In this document: positions 1-9,367 of the stretch, piece after piece
Layout of the letters: each line of letters opens with the position of its first letter
How positions within the stretch are numbered: position 1 is the first letter of the stretch
Assembly: GCA_016124275.1 (NCBI GenBank)
Contig: WGOA01000030.1
Span: 4,057-68,056 of the forward strand
Direction of reading: 5' to 3'
Length of the DNA: 64,000 nt
Origin: Bacteroidota bacterium
GTDB lineage: Bacteria; Bacteroidota; Bacteroidia; Chitinophagales; BACL12
Position numbers and translations under genes: made by a program
The notes under the pieces: generated by a model
The model's database searches: none
What the model saw: only the letters and a program-made list of their open reading frames with translations
Told to the model about the DNA's origin: nothing

Positions 1-170
1 TCCGTCACGGTCATTTCCTCGTTCTCTTCGAGTAATTTGATCATGCTCTGACGGAGCTTATGGTTTACGGACCGCAACACCAAAACGGCTTTGCGCAAAA
101 TGTTGTAGTCCAGCTTAATCTCTCCCTTGTCTGAATTGGATAACTTAATTGTGTTAGAGGCAGATAACAT
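1..170 (-). CDS. ArsR/SmtB-like winged-HTH regulator; only the N-terminal part is present because the gene runs off the left edge
   Basis: Open-ended, so absent from the ORF track. Reverse translation from ATG (cat 168..170) gives MLSASNTIKLSNSDKGEIKLDYNILRKAVLVLRSVNHKLRQSMIKLLEENEEMTVT. The 'LRSVNHKLRQSMIKLL...EMTV' stretch resembles the ArsR-family a1-a2/HTH entry pattern. Confidence 0.45.
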   Translation of the reverse strand, partial: MLSASNTIKLSNSDKGEIKLDYNILRKAVLVLRSVNHKLRQSMIKLLEENEEMTVT

Positions 171-343
171 AGTAAAACCTTTGGTTAATGAATTAGTAAA
201 TAGCCCTTTAGATCTGTTAAAAATATGCCATATCTGGCAGATTTACCTAATCCTCTCTTTTTGCTTTTAAATCCCGCCTCAGATAATACTCGCTGGCCAC
301 GTGTTCCCATATCCGGGTTATAGGCTTATACCTGACCGTTCTT

Positions 344-1033
344 CTAAATGTTTCGGGGCTTTGTTTGGGACGGGCTCCAGAAGGCTTTTAAATAGTGTGG
401 CTCAAAATATGCCAAATCCTCTAACTGATTGTAAATAAACCGTTTATGAGCAAGTTCCACCATATTATCGGCGCTGGGTTGCACCTGAATTTCAAAGATT
501 GCGTGTTTGTGATGCAACAAATTTTGGGCCTTTTCGACGCCATTTCCACAGAAAACCACAGGACCTGATTCAAGCCATTTCAGGTAGGGATTATCCACAA
601 GTACCCATGCAGATGGTGGAAAAATTATTTCTAAAAGGGGGTTATAAATGGCTGTATAGACTTCCATTCGGCGGGCATCCATCATCGGAGCTACGAAAAA
701 GGCCTCCGGATGGCGCTTAAATGCGCCTAAAGCGAGGGCCATCAGCGTATCAACAGCGATTAATGGCCGATCTAAAGCAAAACAAAGCCCTTTGGCAGTA
801 GCGCTCCCAATGCGCAGCCCGGTATAGGAACCCGGCCCAGCGCTCAGGGCAATGGCATCGAGTTGCCTTGGAGACCAGCCTGCTTGCTGCATCGCTTGGT
901 CCACGAGCGAAAGCAGCACCTTTGAATGCGCATTGGCTTCCTGGTGCTCTTTTAACACAACAAGATCCGGCCCTTGCGAAAGGGCAACGGAACAAACAGC
1001 CGCTGTGGTTTCTAAATGGAGAATGCGCTCCAT
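344..1033 (-). CDS. tsaB: tRNA t6A37 threonylcarbamoyl-transfer protein TsaB (YeaZ)
   Basis: ORF 344..1054. 'AIALSAGPGSYTGLRIGSATAKGL' is the TsaB/YeaZ ASKHA signature. Start moved to MERILHLETT (ATG at 1033) so it does not overlap the next gene's stop at 1035. Confidence 0.85.
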   Translation of the reverse strand: MERILHLETTAAVCSVALSQGPDLVVLKEHQEANAHSKVLLSLVDQAMQQAGWSPRQLDAIALSAGPGSYTGLRIGSATAKGLCFALDRPLIAVDTLMALALGAFKRHPEAFFVAPMMDARRMEVYTAIYNPLLEIIFPPSAWVLVDNPYLKWLESGPVVFCGNGVEKAQNLLHHKHAIFEIQVQPSADNMVELAHKRFIYNQLEDLAYFEPHYLKAFWSPSQTKPRNI

Positions 1034-1034
1034 C

Positions 1035-2801
1035 TCAAAAGGTAATGCTTCCACTCAGCCGCTCATCGTTGCGGAGGTATTCCACCGTGGTGGTTTCGCC
1101 TTTGTGGAATTTACCCAGAGCCTTCATATAGGCCATCATGTCAACGACCTCTACATCGCCCAGGCGCACGACAACATCTCCGTCTTTTAAGCCGGCGCCG
1201 GCTGCTGGCCGACCTTCCCGCACACTTTCAATGCGCATGCCCTGGCCTTCAAAAAGGTAATCTGGAATCACGCCAAGGGTTACCTTAAACTCAGGAACAG
1301 CCTCTGAACTGTCCTGGATGGCTACAAATTCAAGCTTTCCGTCGTCATCAAGGGATTGAATAAGCCGATGGGCAACATCCAACACGGCAACAATGCCTGG
1401 AATGTTCACTTTTTCCACGTCATCCGAAGGCCGGTGGTAGTCCTCATGCGTACCGGTAAAGAAGTGGAGCGCGGGAATACCTTCCAGGTAAAAAGACATG
1501 TGGTCAGATGAGCCAATGCCCGAACCGCCAGCTTTAATGCTCGGGCCATTCTCCGATGCCAGCGTCTCCAGCACCGAAAATGCCGGTGAGGCATTGGCCC
1601 CGTCAATCACCAAAGCATTTTTAACGGAGTCCAGCCGACCGATCATGTCAAAATTGATCATGTAGGAAACTTCTGCGGTGTCAAACAGCGGACTTTTGAC
1701 AAAATGCTTGGATCCATATAGCCCGAGCTCTTCGCCTGAAAAAGCCACAAACAAGTAATCGCTACCATCCGGTCCCTGCTCCTTGAGCATGCGGGCTAAC
1801 TCCAACATGCCGGCAACACCACTGGCGTTGTCATCGGCCCCGTTGTGAACGGCCGGTTCTCCGTTGTGCAGCGATCCGGAAATACCATGACCGAGGTGGT
1901 CGTAATGCGCCCCGATCACCACCACGCGGTCGGTGTTTGGATGGTCCAGCAAAGCCAAAACATTGCGACCCGTGCGCTGGTCGCGTTTCCAGGTCAGTGC
2001 AAAGCGCCCAGAGCCGATCTCCTGGCCAACGCTTTTACTGGCAGGAGGTTGGCCAGCCCCGGGTCCTTCCTCGCCAAAAACACGGGCGTAACCCGCTTCG
2101 GTTAACCAAAAAACAGGAAGGCTACTCTCGGTTACTTTTCGGTCCCAGTACTTTTCAGGAGCATCCAAATTGGCATCGCGCGTAAACAAAACGAGTGCTG
2201 AAGCTCCCGCTTGCACCGCTGCGTCAATTTTAGACCGCACATCGGCGTAATCGGCAAAGTCTGAATGCGGGTGGTAACCATCAGGCACAGACAAATCCAG
2301 CAAGAGGATCTTGCCCTCGGCCATGCCGGCCTTAAGAAAAGGACCCTGAACCGGATCGCTGACGCCAAAGCCGCCAAAAACAAGAGGCCCTTCGCCCGAA
2401 CCTTCTCCGGCTTGCGCAAGCGCGTAATACTCAGAATCAGCAACCAAGGCAATGCCATGGAGCGTCAGGCTGCTGCCCTCTGCAGGATTTTTGCCCGCCG
2501 TGAATTCAAACGTTTGGCTGAACCCTTCGGACCCCGCAGGCTGCAAGCCAAGCAGGGCAAACTGCTCCCGAATATAGGCCAGGGCCAGCGCCTCACCCTC
2601 CGTTCCCGTTTCCCGACCGGCGAGCCGATCATCCGCCAGGTAACTGACATGCGCCAGCAAGCGCTCCTCAGGGGTTTGCTTTTCCGCTGTGCGGCACTGG
2701 GAAAAAAGCCCCAATAGGGCCAGACCCAAAAAAGGCAGCAAACGGGCGAAGGGCTGCTTTGCCTTGAGCAGCGATTGCGCGTAAAGGATTAAACGATTCA
2801 T
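1035..2801 (-). CDS. M28-family Zn aminopeptidase lipoprotein with a PA-like insert and a C-terminal PDZ domain
   Basis: M28 metal and catalytic motifs are present: HYDHLGHG, GADDNASGVAG, FSGEELGLYGS, NFDMIG, SDHMSFY. Lipoprotein-type signal (..LGLFSQC). C-terminal 'GLKDGDVVVRLGDVEV' is PDZ-like. Confidence 0.85.
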   Translation of the reverse strand: MNRLILYAQSLLKAKQPFARLLPFLGLALLGLFSQCRTAEKQTPEERLLAHVSYLADDRLAGRETGTEGEALALAYIREQFALLGLQPAGSEGFSQTFEFTAGKNPAEGSSLTLHGIALVADSEYYALAQAGEGSGEGPLVFGGFGVSDPVQGPFLKAGMAEGKILLLDLSVPDGYHPHSDFADYADVRSKIDAAVQAGASALVLFTRDANLDAPEKYWDRKVTESSLPVFWLTEAGYARVFGEEGPGAGQPPASKSVGQEIGSGRFALTWKRDQRTGRNVLALLDHPNTDRVVVIGAHYDHLGHGISGSLHNGEPAVHNGADDNASGVAGMLELARMLKEQGPDGSDYLFVAFSGEELGLYGSKHFVKSPLFDTAEVSYMINFDMIGRLDSVKNALVIDGANASPAFSVLETLASENGPSIKAGGSGIGSSDHMSFYLEGIPALHFFTGTHEDYHRPSDDVEKVNIPGIVAVLDVAHRLIQSLDDDGKLEFVAIQDSSEAVPEFKVTLGVIPDYLFEGQGMRIESVREGRPAAGAGLKDGDVVVRLGDVEVVDMMAYMKALGKFHKGETTTVEYLRNDERLSGSITF

Positions 2802-2869
2802 CCTGCCAAAGGTACGCAGGACGCAAACACAGGCAGTGGAACACCGGGAAGGGTGCAGATCGAAGTGCT

Positions 2870-4519
2870 TCAGGGCTGAAGCAACTGACCAAAGCGCTCG
2901 GGATTGTCGAACAACTTCAAGGCCTCCTGGATGGTGGGGTCGTAGCGGAAAGACGCTTCAATAGCTCCCCGCTGGTGGTAGTAGCGCATGGCAATTTCCG
3001 TTTCCAGTTCTTGCTGGATCTCTTCCCGGAACTTTTGCACATCCGCCTCTTTTTCGGTCTTGAGTTTGGACCTCAACGCACTCAGATCGGTCTGCAAAGA
3101 AGCCATGTATTGCTCTTCTTCGGCAATCTCGGCCAGCTCTTCAAGCAGCGCCTCACTGTCGGTGGTATAGGTGTAGTCTTTTCCTTGCAAAAACACCTGG
3201 AAGTCGGTCCAATCCTGATCGCTTATAGTAAACCCAGCTGCCGCTGAAATGCCCTCGTGTGCCGCGCGGTACTGGTTGGCGAAATGAAACACCAGATTTT
3301 TGGTCAACAAGGCTTCTGTTACGTGGGCATATTCGCCAGGAAGTATTTCAACATCCGGCTTAATCCCACCTCCGTCATAAACACTGCGCCCTCCGCGTGT
3401 GCTAAAAGCAGTGCGCAGGGAATCCGGGATTTTTCCTACGCTGCCATCGTCGTTGCGGTGGCTGTAGTCAATGGCCTGGATGCAGCGGCCGCTCGGCGTG
3501 TAGTACTTAGCTGTGGTGATTTTCAGTTTGGTCTTGTAAGGCACATCGCGCGTGCTCTGCACCAATCCTTTGCCAAAAGTCTGCTCACCCAGCACCAAAC
3601 CGCGGTCTAAATCCTGAATGACCCCGGCCACGATTTCCGATGCCGAAGCAGAACCGCGGTTGGTCAGCACAATGAGCGGAATTTCGGCATCTACAGCTGG
3701 GTTAAGCGTTTTAAACGAACGGTCCCACTCTTCTACTTTGCCTTTGGTAGAAACAATCAATTCGCCCTTGGGGACAAAAACATTGGACACCTCTACAGCC
3801 TCGCGTAGCAAGCCCCCGGGATTGCCCCGAAGGTCTAAAATGACCCCCTTCACCGTGTTTTTGGCTTTCAAATCGCGGAGCGCCTGCGCCACGTTTTTGC
3901 CGGCCTCTTCCGTAAACTGGTTCAGGCGGATGTAGGCAATGTCATCGCGGACCATGCCGGAGTAGGGCACGTTGTCGATGTTGATTTCCTGGCGAACGAG
4001 CGTGAGTTTCTGATTTTCCGCGCCCCCAAAAGGCCGCTTGATTTCCACTTCTACTTCGGTACCGGGCGAACCGCGCAAAATGTTGCTCACCGCATCGGTA
4101 TCCTTTCCCTCGCAACTTTTGCCGTCAATAGTCAGGATGATGTCGCCGGCGCGCATTCCGGCAAGGTGAGCGGGGAAGCCCTCGTAGGGTTCAACCACAG
4201 TCATGACGCCATCCACTTTCCGGATAACCGCTCCGATACCGCCATAGCGGCCTGTCATTTGGAAACGGTGGCCTTCCATTTCAGCTTCTGAAATGTAATT
4301 GGTGTAGGGGTCGAGGCTCTCCAGCATGGCGTCAATGCCTTCGCGCATCAACTTGTTGGGATCCACATCATCTACGTAGTAGGTGTTCAACTCCCGGTAA
4401 ATGGACGTGTAGATGTCGATGTTTTTAGTGACCTCAAAGAGATTGGGCGGAGTGTAGGCTGCCAATAAAACCAGCCCGCCCACCAGGGCCAACAGGGGAA
4501 AGCGCAATTTTTTGAACAT
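2870..4519 (-). CDS. ctp: S41 C-terminal processing (tail-specific) peptidase
   Basis: PDZ segment (AGMRAGDIILTIDGK), 'LDLRGNPGGLL', catalytic Ser in 'RGSASASEIVAG' and Lys in 'TFGKGLVQ'. Start set at MFKKLRFPLLALVGG (ATG 4519, signal/TM). The upstream 52 codons of the ORF look non-coding. Confidence 0.9.
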   Translation of the reverse strand: MFKKLRFPLLALVGGLVLLAAYTPPNLFEVTKNIDIYTSIYRELNTYYVDDVDPNKLMREGIDAMLESLDPYTNYISEAEMEGHRFQMTGRYGGIGAVIRKVDGVMTVVEPYEGFPAHLAGMRAGDIILTIDGKSCEGKDTDAVSNILRGSPGTEVEVEIKRPFGGAENQKLTLVRQEINIDNVPYSGMVRDDIAYIRLNQFTEEAGKNVAQALRDLKAKNTVKGVILDLRGNPGGLLREAVEVSNVFVPKGELIVSTKGKVEEWDRSFKTLNPAVDAEIPLIVLTNRGSASASEIVAGVIQDLDRGLVLGEQTFGKGLVQSTRDVPYKTKLKITTAKYYTPSGRCIQAIDYSHRNDDGSVGKIPDSLRTAFSTRGGRSVYDGGGIKPDVEILPGEYAHVTEALLTKNLVFHFANQYRAAHEGISAAAGFTISDQDWTDFQVFLQGKDYTYTTDSEALLEELAEIAEEEQYMASLQTDLSALRSKLKTEKEADVQKFREEIQQELETEIAMRYYHQRGAIEASFRYDPTIQEALKLFDNPERFGQLLQP

Positions 4520-4717
4520 GGTCTGCATAAACATCAGTTGAAGGAACAGAAACAGCAAAAAGAAAGCAATTGTTGAGCAATTGCTCAGCAAAATATAACG
4601 ACACCGCCACGAATAAGGTGCCTCCTTAACGTTTAAATAACACTTCGGCGCTCCTGTTAAACGCCATAGAAGCACCGAGTTTCGGTTTGGAGGGTACCCG
4701 GATGCCCGAAAGCTTGG

Positions 4718-4966
4718 TCAAGGTACAGGATCGTAGCCCGAATCCCCCCAGGGATGGCAGCGGCCAATGCGCCGCAAAGCGAGCCAACCGCCCTTGAACG
4801 GTCCGTACCTGGCGATGGCCTGAACCGCATAAGCAGAGCAGGTGGGCGAATAGCGGCAGGAATTGGGCAAATAGGGACTAATCGCGCCCTGGTAAAACCG
4901 GATCAACCCCGTCAGGCCCCAACTCAGGGCCCGGTTTATCAGCCGGATGGGAGTGTTCCAGTTCAT
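4718..4966 (-). CDS. yidD: membrane protein insertion efficiency factor YidD
   Basis: '[50 protein letters not shown]' is the YidD signature. It sits in the classic rpmH-rnpA-yidD order. Confidence 0.9.
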   Translation of the reverse strand: MNWNTPIRLINRALSWGLTGLIRFYQGAISPYLPNSCRYSPTCSAYAVQAIARYGPFKGGWLALRRIGRCHPWGDSGYDPVP

Positions 4967-5276
4967 GCAAGAGCTTGCGCAAAGCTACGTCCAGCGCTGT
5001 GCCTAATTCGGCATAGGTAGGCATTCGGCGCCCGGAATAAAGCAGGGCAACGGCTAATGTTTTGGGCGAAGGGCCAAGTTGGCGGTACACAGCGCCTTTG
5101 CGCAAGCGCCAGCATTCCCGCAACTGGCGGCGAATGCGATTGCGATCAACGGCACGTTTGAACTTGGAACTCGGTACCGCAAAGAGCACCTGAACAGGAA
5201 AAGGACCCGTCAGTGCAGCCGGAAGCCAGATGAGCCGGATCGGAAAGGCGGGGATGCTGCTTCCATCCAAAAACAA
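4878..5276 (-). CDS. rnpA: RNase P protein component. The 5' end is uncertain, and the real N-terminus probably lies upstream, as far as 5378.
   Basis: '[25 protein letters not shown]' is the RnpA RNR motif. The track start is a TTG at 5276, but the in-frame upstream codons encode the conserved N-terminal motif (..[19 protein letters not shown]..). See finding. Confidence 0.8.
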   Translation of the reverse strand: MFLDGSSIPAFPIRLIWLPAALTGPFPVQVLFAVPSSKFKRAVDRNRIRRQLRECWRLRKGAVYRQLGPSPKTLAVALLYSGRRMPTYAELGTALDVALRKLLHELEHSHPADKPGPELGPDGVDPVLPGRD

Positions 5277-5355
5277 ACGACCGATCAGCGCCTGGCTGGT
5301 CAGTCGTTCGGCTTGGTAAAAGCGTTGCGAACGGGATGAGTGACCCTCGTTCTTC

Positions 5356-5511
5356 TTATTTGAGGCGGAACTCGTCAGAGACCGTCAGTTTTTTGCGGCC
5401 TTTGGCCCGGCGGCGGTTCAGCACGGCGCGACCAGTTTTGGTCTCCATGCGGGAGCGAAAGCCGTGCTTGTTGGTGCGTTTGCGGCGGGAAGGCTGGAAC
5501 GTGCGCTTCAT
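5356..5511 (-). CDS. rpmH: 50S ribosomal protein L34
   Basis: Below the ORF-track length cut-off. Reverse translation from ATG (cat 5509..5511) gives [51 protein letters not shown], a textbook L34, located upstream of rnpA. Confidence 0.92.
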   Translation of the reverse strand: MKRTFQPSRRKRTNKHGFRSRMETKTGRAVLNRRRAKGRKKLTVSDEFRLK

Positions 5512-5599
5512 CGGATCGGAACGGTATGCGGATTAATCAATCGGAGGAACGAATCGGGGTCCTGCCCGCCCCATCCGGCAAGGCCGGCGCAAGGGAAGG

Positions 5600-5607
5600 C
5601 AAAGTTA
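5600..5607 (-). promoter_or_regulatory. Bacteroidota-type -7 box (TAACTTTG) upstream of rpmH
   Basis: The plus strand reads caaagtta, which is TAACTTTG on the minus strand and matches TAnnTTTG. It lies about 90 nt upstream of the rpmH ATG. Confidence 0.4.
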
Positions 5608-5712
5608 ACAAAATGTGGAGAACGAAGTACCGTGCCCGACCAGAAAATTGAGTCGTTTTTAGCTTGATGAGCCAATTGGAGGCGCATTTGGGTCAGGCTA
5701 AGCTGAAACGGG

Positions 5713-7719
5713 TCAGGAATTCATGCCAATCAGGAACTCCTCGTTGGATTTGGTCCCTCTCATTTGGCCTTGAATGAAGTTCATGGCTTCTTCGGTGTTC
5801 ATATCGGCCAGGTGATTCCGCAAAATCCACATGCGCTGCAGGGTTTCGCGGTCGTGGAGCTTATCGTCGCGGCGCGTGGAAGAGCCCGTCAGGTCTATGG
5901 CCGGGAAGATGCGCTTGTTGGCCAGGCGGCGATCCAGCGCCAATTCCATGTTGCCGGTTCCTTTGAATTCCTCAAAGATCACCTCGTCCATTTTGGAGCC
6001 CGTGTCAATCAGCGCGGTGGCTAAAATGGTCAGCGAGCCGCCATTTTCCACGTTCCGGGCGGCACCGAAGAACTGCTTGGGTTTCTGGAGGGCATTGGCC
6101 TCGACACCGCCGGACAGCACTTTACCGCTGGCGGGCTGAACCGTGTTGTAGGCGCGGGCAAGACGCGTAATGGAATCGAGCAGAATAACCACATCGTGCC
6201 CACATTCCACCATGCGTTTGGCTTTTTGGAGCACCATGGAAGCCACTTTGACGTGCCGATCGGCGGGTGCATCAAACGTAGAGGAAACCACCTCTGCCTT
6301 GACACTTCGCTCCATGTCGGTCACTTCTTCGGGGCGTTCATCCACCAACAGAATGATGAGGTAAACCTCCGGGTGGTTGGTGGCGATGGCATTGGCTACT
6401 GCCTTGAGCAACAGCGTTTTACCGGTTTTTGGCTGGGCCACAATCATGCCGCGTTGCCCCTTGCCAATGGGGGTAAACAGGTCCATGATGCGGGTGGAAT
6501 AGTCGTTGGCCTCGGTATAGAGGTTCAGTTTTTCTTCCGGGAACAGCGGCGTGAGGTACTCGAAGGGCACGCGGTCGCGGATTTGCTCCCCAAAGCGGCC
6601 GTTGATGGTGTCCACTTTTTGCAGGGCGAAATACTTTTCGCCTTCTTTCGGCGGACGCACGATGCCCACCACCGTATCGCCCGCTTTTAGGGCAAAACTT
6701 TTGACTTGCGCCGGGCTTACGTACACATCGTCGGGCGACGAGAGGTAGTTGTAATCCGAGCTGCGCAGGAAGCCATAGCCGTCGGGCATCATTTCCAGCA
6801 CCCCTTCGCAGACGATCAGGCCGTCCATTTCCGGGTTGAACAGCGATTCGCGGCGGCGGTTGCGCACATCGCGGTTTTCGCGGGAGTCTTTGTTGTTGCG
6901 GTCTTCGCGATTGCCGCGATCGTCGCGGATCCGCTCTTCGCGAGGGCGGTCTTCAGCGGCTGGCCGCTCTTCGCGCCCGCGCAGGCCCCGGTCCTCGCGA
7001 CCGAATCCAGACCGGTTGTTCTCGGGCAGCGGTCGTTCTTCCCGGCCGCGAAGGTTGCGGTCCTCGCGACCTGGCGCCAGGCGATTGCGGTCTTCCGGAG
7101 CAGCCGGGCGGTCTTCCCGACCGCGCATGTCGCGCGGGCGATCGTCGCGGTTGCGGTCAGCGCGGTCAGGAAAATCGCCCCGGCCACCGCGGCGATTGCG
7201 GTCTTCGCGCGTGCGGAGCTCACGGGGTCGTTGGTCAACCGATGCGGCTGCTGCGTTACCCAGATCTGCTTCGCCCTTAACTTCCTGGTCAGCGCTGCTT
7301 GCGGAAGTCGGGTTGTGCGCGCCACTTGGAAGCACAAATGCCTCATTTTCAATCACTTGCGGAACAACCTCAAGCGCAGATTCGTTTTTTTCTTCTTCGG
7401 AATCGTCCCCTTCTGCTTTTTTGCGACCGCGCTTTTTGCGCAGCGGCTTTTCGGCGGTTTCCTCTTCGTTGGCTGCTGATTCAGCCACCAACGCTGCAGG
7501 AGTTTCGTCCCCTTCGCCCGAAACGGCTTTGCGCGATTTGCGGGTTTTGGGAGCTTTTTCCTGACTGGAAGCAGACCCGGAAGGGATTGCCTGGCGGTCC
7601 AGAATCTTGTAAATCAATTCCTGTTTGTCCAGTTTCAGCGGTGACTCCACCTGCATGGTCTCTGCTAATTGGCGGAGTTCTGGTACAGGCATGTCATTCA
7701 ACTGCAGAATGTCATACAT
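5713..7719 (-). CDS. rho: transcription termination factor Rho with a large low-complexity N-terminal insertion
   Basis: Rho_N ('[24 protein letters not shown]'), CSD-like RNA-binding ('[15 protein letters not shown]'), Walker A 'AQPKTGKT', '[13 protein letters not shown]', 'ARAYN'. Start set at MYDIL (ATG 7719). The 76 upstream codons of the ORF are not Rho-like. Confidence 0.92.
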   Translation of the reverse strand: MYDILQLNDMPVPELRQLAETMQVESPLKLDKQELIYKILDRQAIPSGSASSQEKAPKTRKSRKAVSGEGDETPAALVAESAANEEETAEKPLRKKRGRKKAEGDDSEEEKNESALEVVPQVIENEAFVLPSGAHNPTSASSADQEVKGEADLGNAAAASVDQRPRELRTREDRNRRGGRGDFPDRADRNRDDRPRDMRGREDRPAAPEDRNRLAPGREDRNLRGREERPLPENNRSGFGREDRGLRGREERPAAEDRPREERIRDDRGNREDRNNKDSRENRDVRNRRRESLFNPEMDGLIVCEGVLEMMPDGYGFLRSSDYNYLSSPDDVYVSPAQVKSFALKAGDTVVGIVRPPKEGEKYFALQKVDTINGRFGEQIRDRVPFEYLTPLFPEEKLNLYTEANDYSTRIMDLFTPIGKGQRGMIVAQPKTGKTLLLKAVANAIATNHPEVYLIILLVDERPEEVTDMERSVKAEVVSSTFDAPADRHVKVASMVLQKAKRMVECGHDVVILLDSITRLARAYNTVQPASGKVLSGGVEANALQKPKQFFGAARNVENGGSLTILATALIDTGSKMDEVIFEEFKGTGNMELALDRRLANKRIFPAIDLTGSSTRRDDKLHDRETLQRMWILRNHLADMNTEEAMNFIQGQMRGTKSNEEFLIGMNS

Positions 7720-7915
7720 AAGCGCTATGCTTTGCGTAATGGGGGAGATGGAAGAGGAAGCGGTTCGGCGAATCCTCCAGGGCGACGCTCCAAGCTTTAG
7801 ACAGGGGTCGCAGAACGGATGGAAGGGAAGGAAAAAGGAAGTAAAACGAGGGGTTCGGAACGAGATCGGAAGGCTCGGGGCAGAACGCCGCCAGAGAAGA
7901 ACCCGATGAATTAGG

Positions 7916-7923
7916 CAAATGTA
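7916..7923 (-). promoter_or_regulatory. candidate -7 box (TACATTTG) for rho, implying a leader of about 190 nt
   Basis: The plus strand reads caaatgta, which is TACATTTG on the minus strand. It is the only exact TAnnTTTG I found on this strand in the 7720..8077 divergent intergenic region. Confidence 0.3.
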
Positions 7924-8028
7924 GGCCAAAAAAATCAATTGCGCCACATGGCCGCCTGGAAATCAGCGATTCAGGAGATGATTGGGCAAGGATAGGGTCC
8001 CGGCGTTTACCCGCTGCCGCCGGATGCC

Positions 8029-8036
8029 TACCTTTG
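8029..8036 (+). promoter_or_regulatory. -7 box (TACCTTTG) upstream of serS
   Basis: Exact TAnnTTTG, 42 nt upstream of the serS ATG at 8078. Confidence 0.45.
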
Positions 8037-8077
8037 CGCCGCGCCGGCAAAGCCCTATTGGTTCTCCGGCTTTGACC

Positions 8078-9352
8078 ATGCTGCACTTAGCCGACATTCG
8101 CCGCGACCCGGAGGCCGCCAAAGCGCGCCTCAGCCACCGCCATTTTGCCAATTTGGCGGCCATTGACGAGCTCATTGCCCTGGATGACCAGCGCAAAAAG
8201 CTTCAAACGGACCACGATGCGGTGCTGGCCGAGTCCAATTCGCTGGCCAAAGAAGTGGGTCAACTGTACGCGCAGGGCAAAAAAGCTGAGGGCGATGCCG
8301 CCAAAGTGCGCAGCTCCGAGCTCAAGCAGCGCTCTGCCGAGTTGACCGCGCAACAGGCCCAGGTCAGCGAGGCGCTCCAGACGCTGTTGTACACGCTGCC
8401 CAACCTTCCCCATGCCAGCGTTCCTGCGGGCCGGACTCCGGAAGACAACGAGGTGGTTCGCTCCGGGGGAAAGAACCCTTCGCTCGATGCAACGGCAAAG
8501 CCGCATTGGGACCTTGCCGCTACGTACGACCTCATTGACTTTGAACTGGGCGTCAAGCTGGCCGGCAGCGGTTTTCCGGTGTACAAAGGCAAGGGCGCTC
8601 GCCTGCAACGCGCGCTGATTGCCTTTTTTCTGGACCGCGCCACAGAAGCCGGGTACACCGAGTACTTGCCGAGTGTGCTTATTAACGAGGCGTCGGGGTT
8701 TGGCACCGGCCAGCTTCCCGACAAGGAAGGGCAGATGTACCTGGTTAGCGAAGACAAGTTGTATTTGGCCCCAACGGCCGAAGTTCCGCTGACCAATATT
8801 TACCGCGATGTGATTCTGGAAGAGGCGCAACTGCCGGTGCGCATGACCGCGTACACGTCGTGCTTTCGGCGCGAAGCCGGGTCTTACGGCAAGGACGTTC
8901 GCGGCCTCAACCGCCTGCACCAGTTTGAGAAGGTGGAGATCGTGCGCATTGAGCATCCGGATCGCTCTTATGCCGTGTTGGAGGAAATGGTGGCCCACGT
9001 GGAAAGCCTGGTGCAGGCCTTGGAATTGCCTTACCGCATTCTGCGGCTCTGCGGCGGCGACATGGGCTTTACCTCCGCGCTGACCTACGACTTTGAAGTG
9101 TGGTCGGCCGCGCAGGAGCGCTGGCTGGAGGTGAGCTCGGTCAGCAACTTTGAAACCTTCCAGGCCAATCGCCTGAAACTGCGCTTTCAGGACAACAACA
9201 AGAAAAAAGCCCTGGCGCATACGCTCAACGGTTCCGCGCTGGCCTTGCCGCGCATCGTGGCGGCATTGCTGGAGAACAACCAGGATGAAACCGGAATTGC
9301 GATTCCGGCGGTGTTGCAGCCTTATACCGGGTTTGCGCGGATCGGGGGGTAG
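8078..9352 (+). CDS. serS: seryl-tRNA synthetase
   Basis: N-terminal coiled-coil arm (MLHLADIRRDPEAAKARL..) and class II motifs ('LAPTAEVPLTN', 'CFRREAGSYGKDVRGLNRLHQFEKVE', 'LNGSALALPRIVAALLEN'). Start moved to MLHLADIR (ATG 8078). Confidence 0.95.
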   Translation: MLHLADIRRDPEAAKARLSHRHFANLAAIDELIALDDQRKKLQTDHDAVLAESNSLAKEVGQLYAQGKKAEGDAAKVRSSELKQRSAELTAQQAQVSEALQTLLYTLPNLPHASVPAGRTPEDNEVVRSGGKNPSLDATAKPHWDLAATYDLIDFELGVKLAGSGFPVYKGKGARLQRALIAFFLDRATEAGYTEYLPSVLINEASGFGTGQLPDKEGQMYLVSEDKLYLAPTAEVPLTNIYRDVILEEAQLPVRMTAYTSCFRREAGSYGKDVRGLNRLHQFEKVEIVRIEHPDRSYAVLEEMVAHVESLVQALELPYRILRLCGGDMGFTSALTYDFEVWSAAQERWLEVSSVSNFETFQANRLKLRFQDNNKKKALAHTLNGSALALPRIVAALLENNQDETGIAIPAVLQPYTGFARIGG

Positions 9353-9367
9353 GGGTAAGGCGGGAGC

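Noticed and set aside
4878-4966. 89-nt overlap between rnpA and yidD, considered as a frameshift or mis-assembly
   Set aside because: Both frames carry their family motifs outside the overlap. The rnpA tail inside the overlap is non-conserved read-through, and such overlaps are common for this gene pair.
6706-7564. Two long plus-strand ORFs (257 and 242 aa) across the rho insertion
   Set aside because: They are mirror images of the repetitive R/E/D-coding region, so their translations are Ser/Arg- or Ala/Val-rich repeats. This is an artefact of the low-complexity sequence on the opposite strand.
8087-9220. 377-aa ORF antisense to serS
   Set aside because: It lies entirely inside a gene with unmistakable SerRS motifs. 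Its translation is Arg/Ala/Gly/His/Leu-rich with no recognisable domain. This is the typical shadow ORF of GC-rich DNA.
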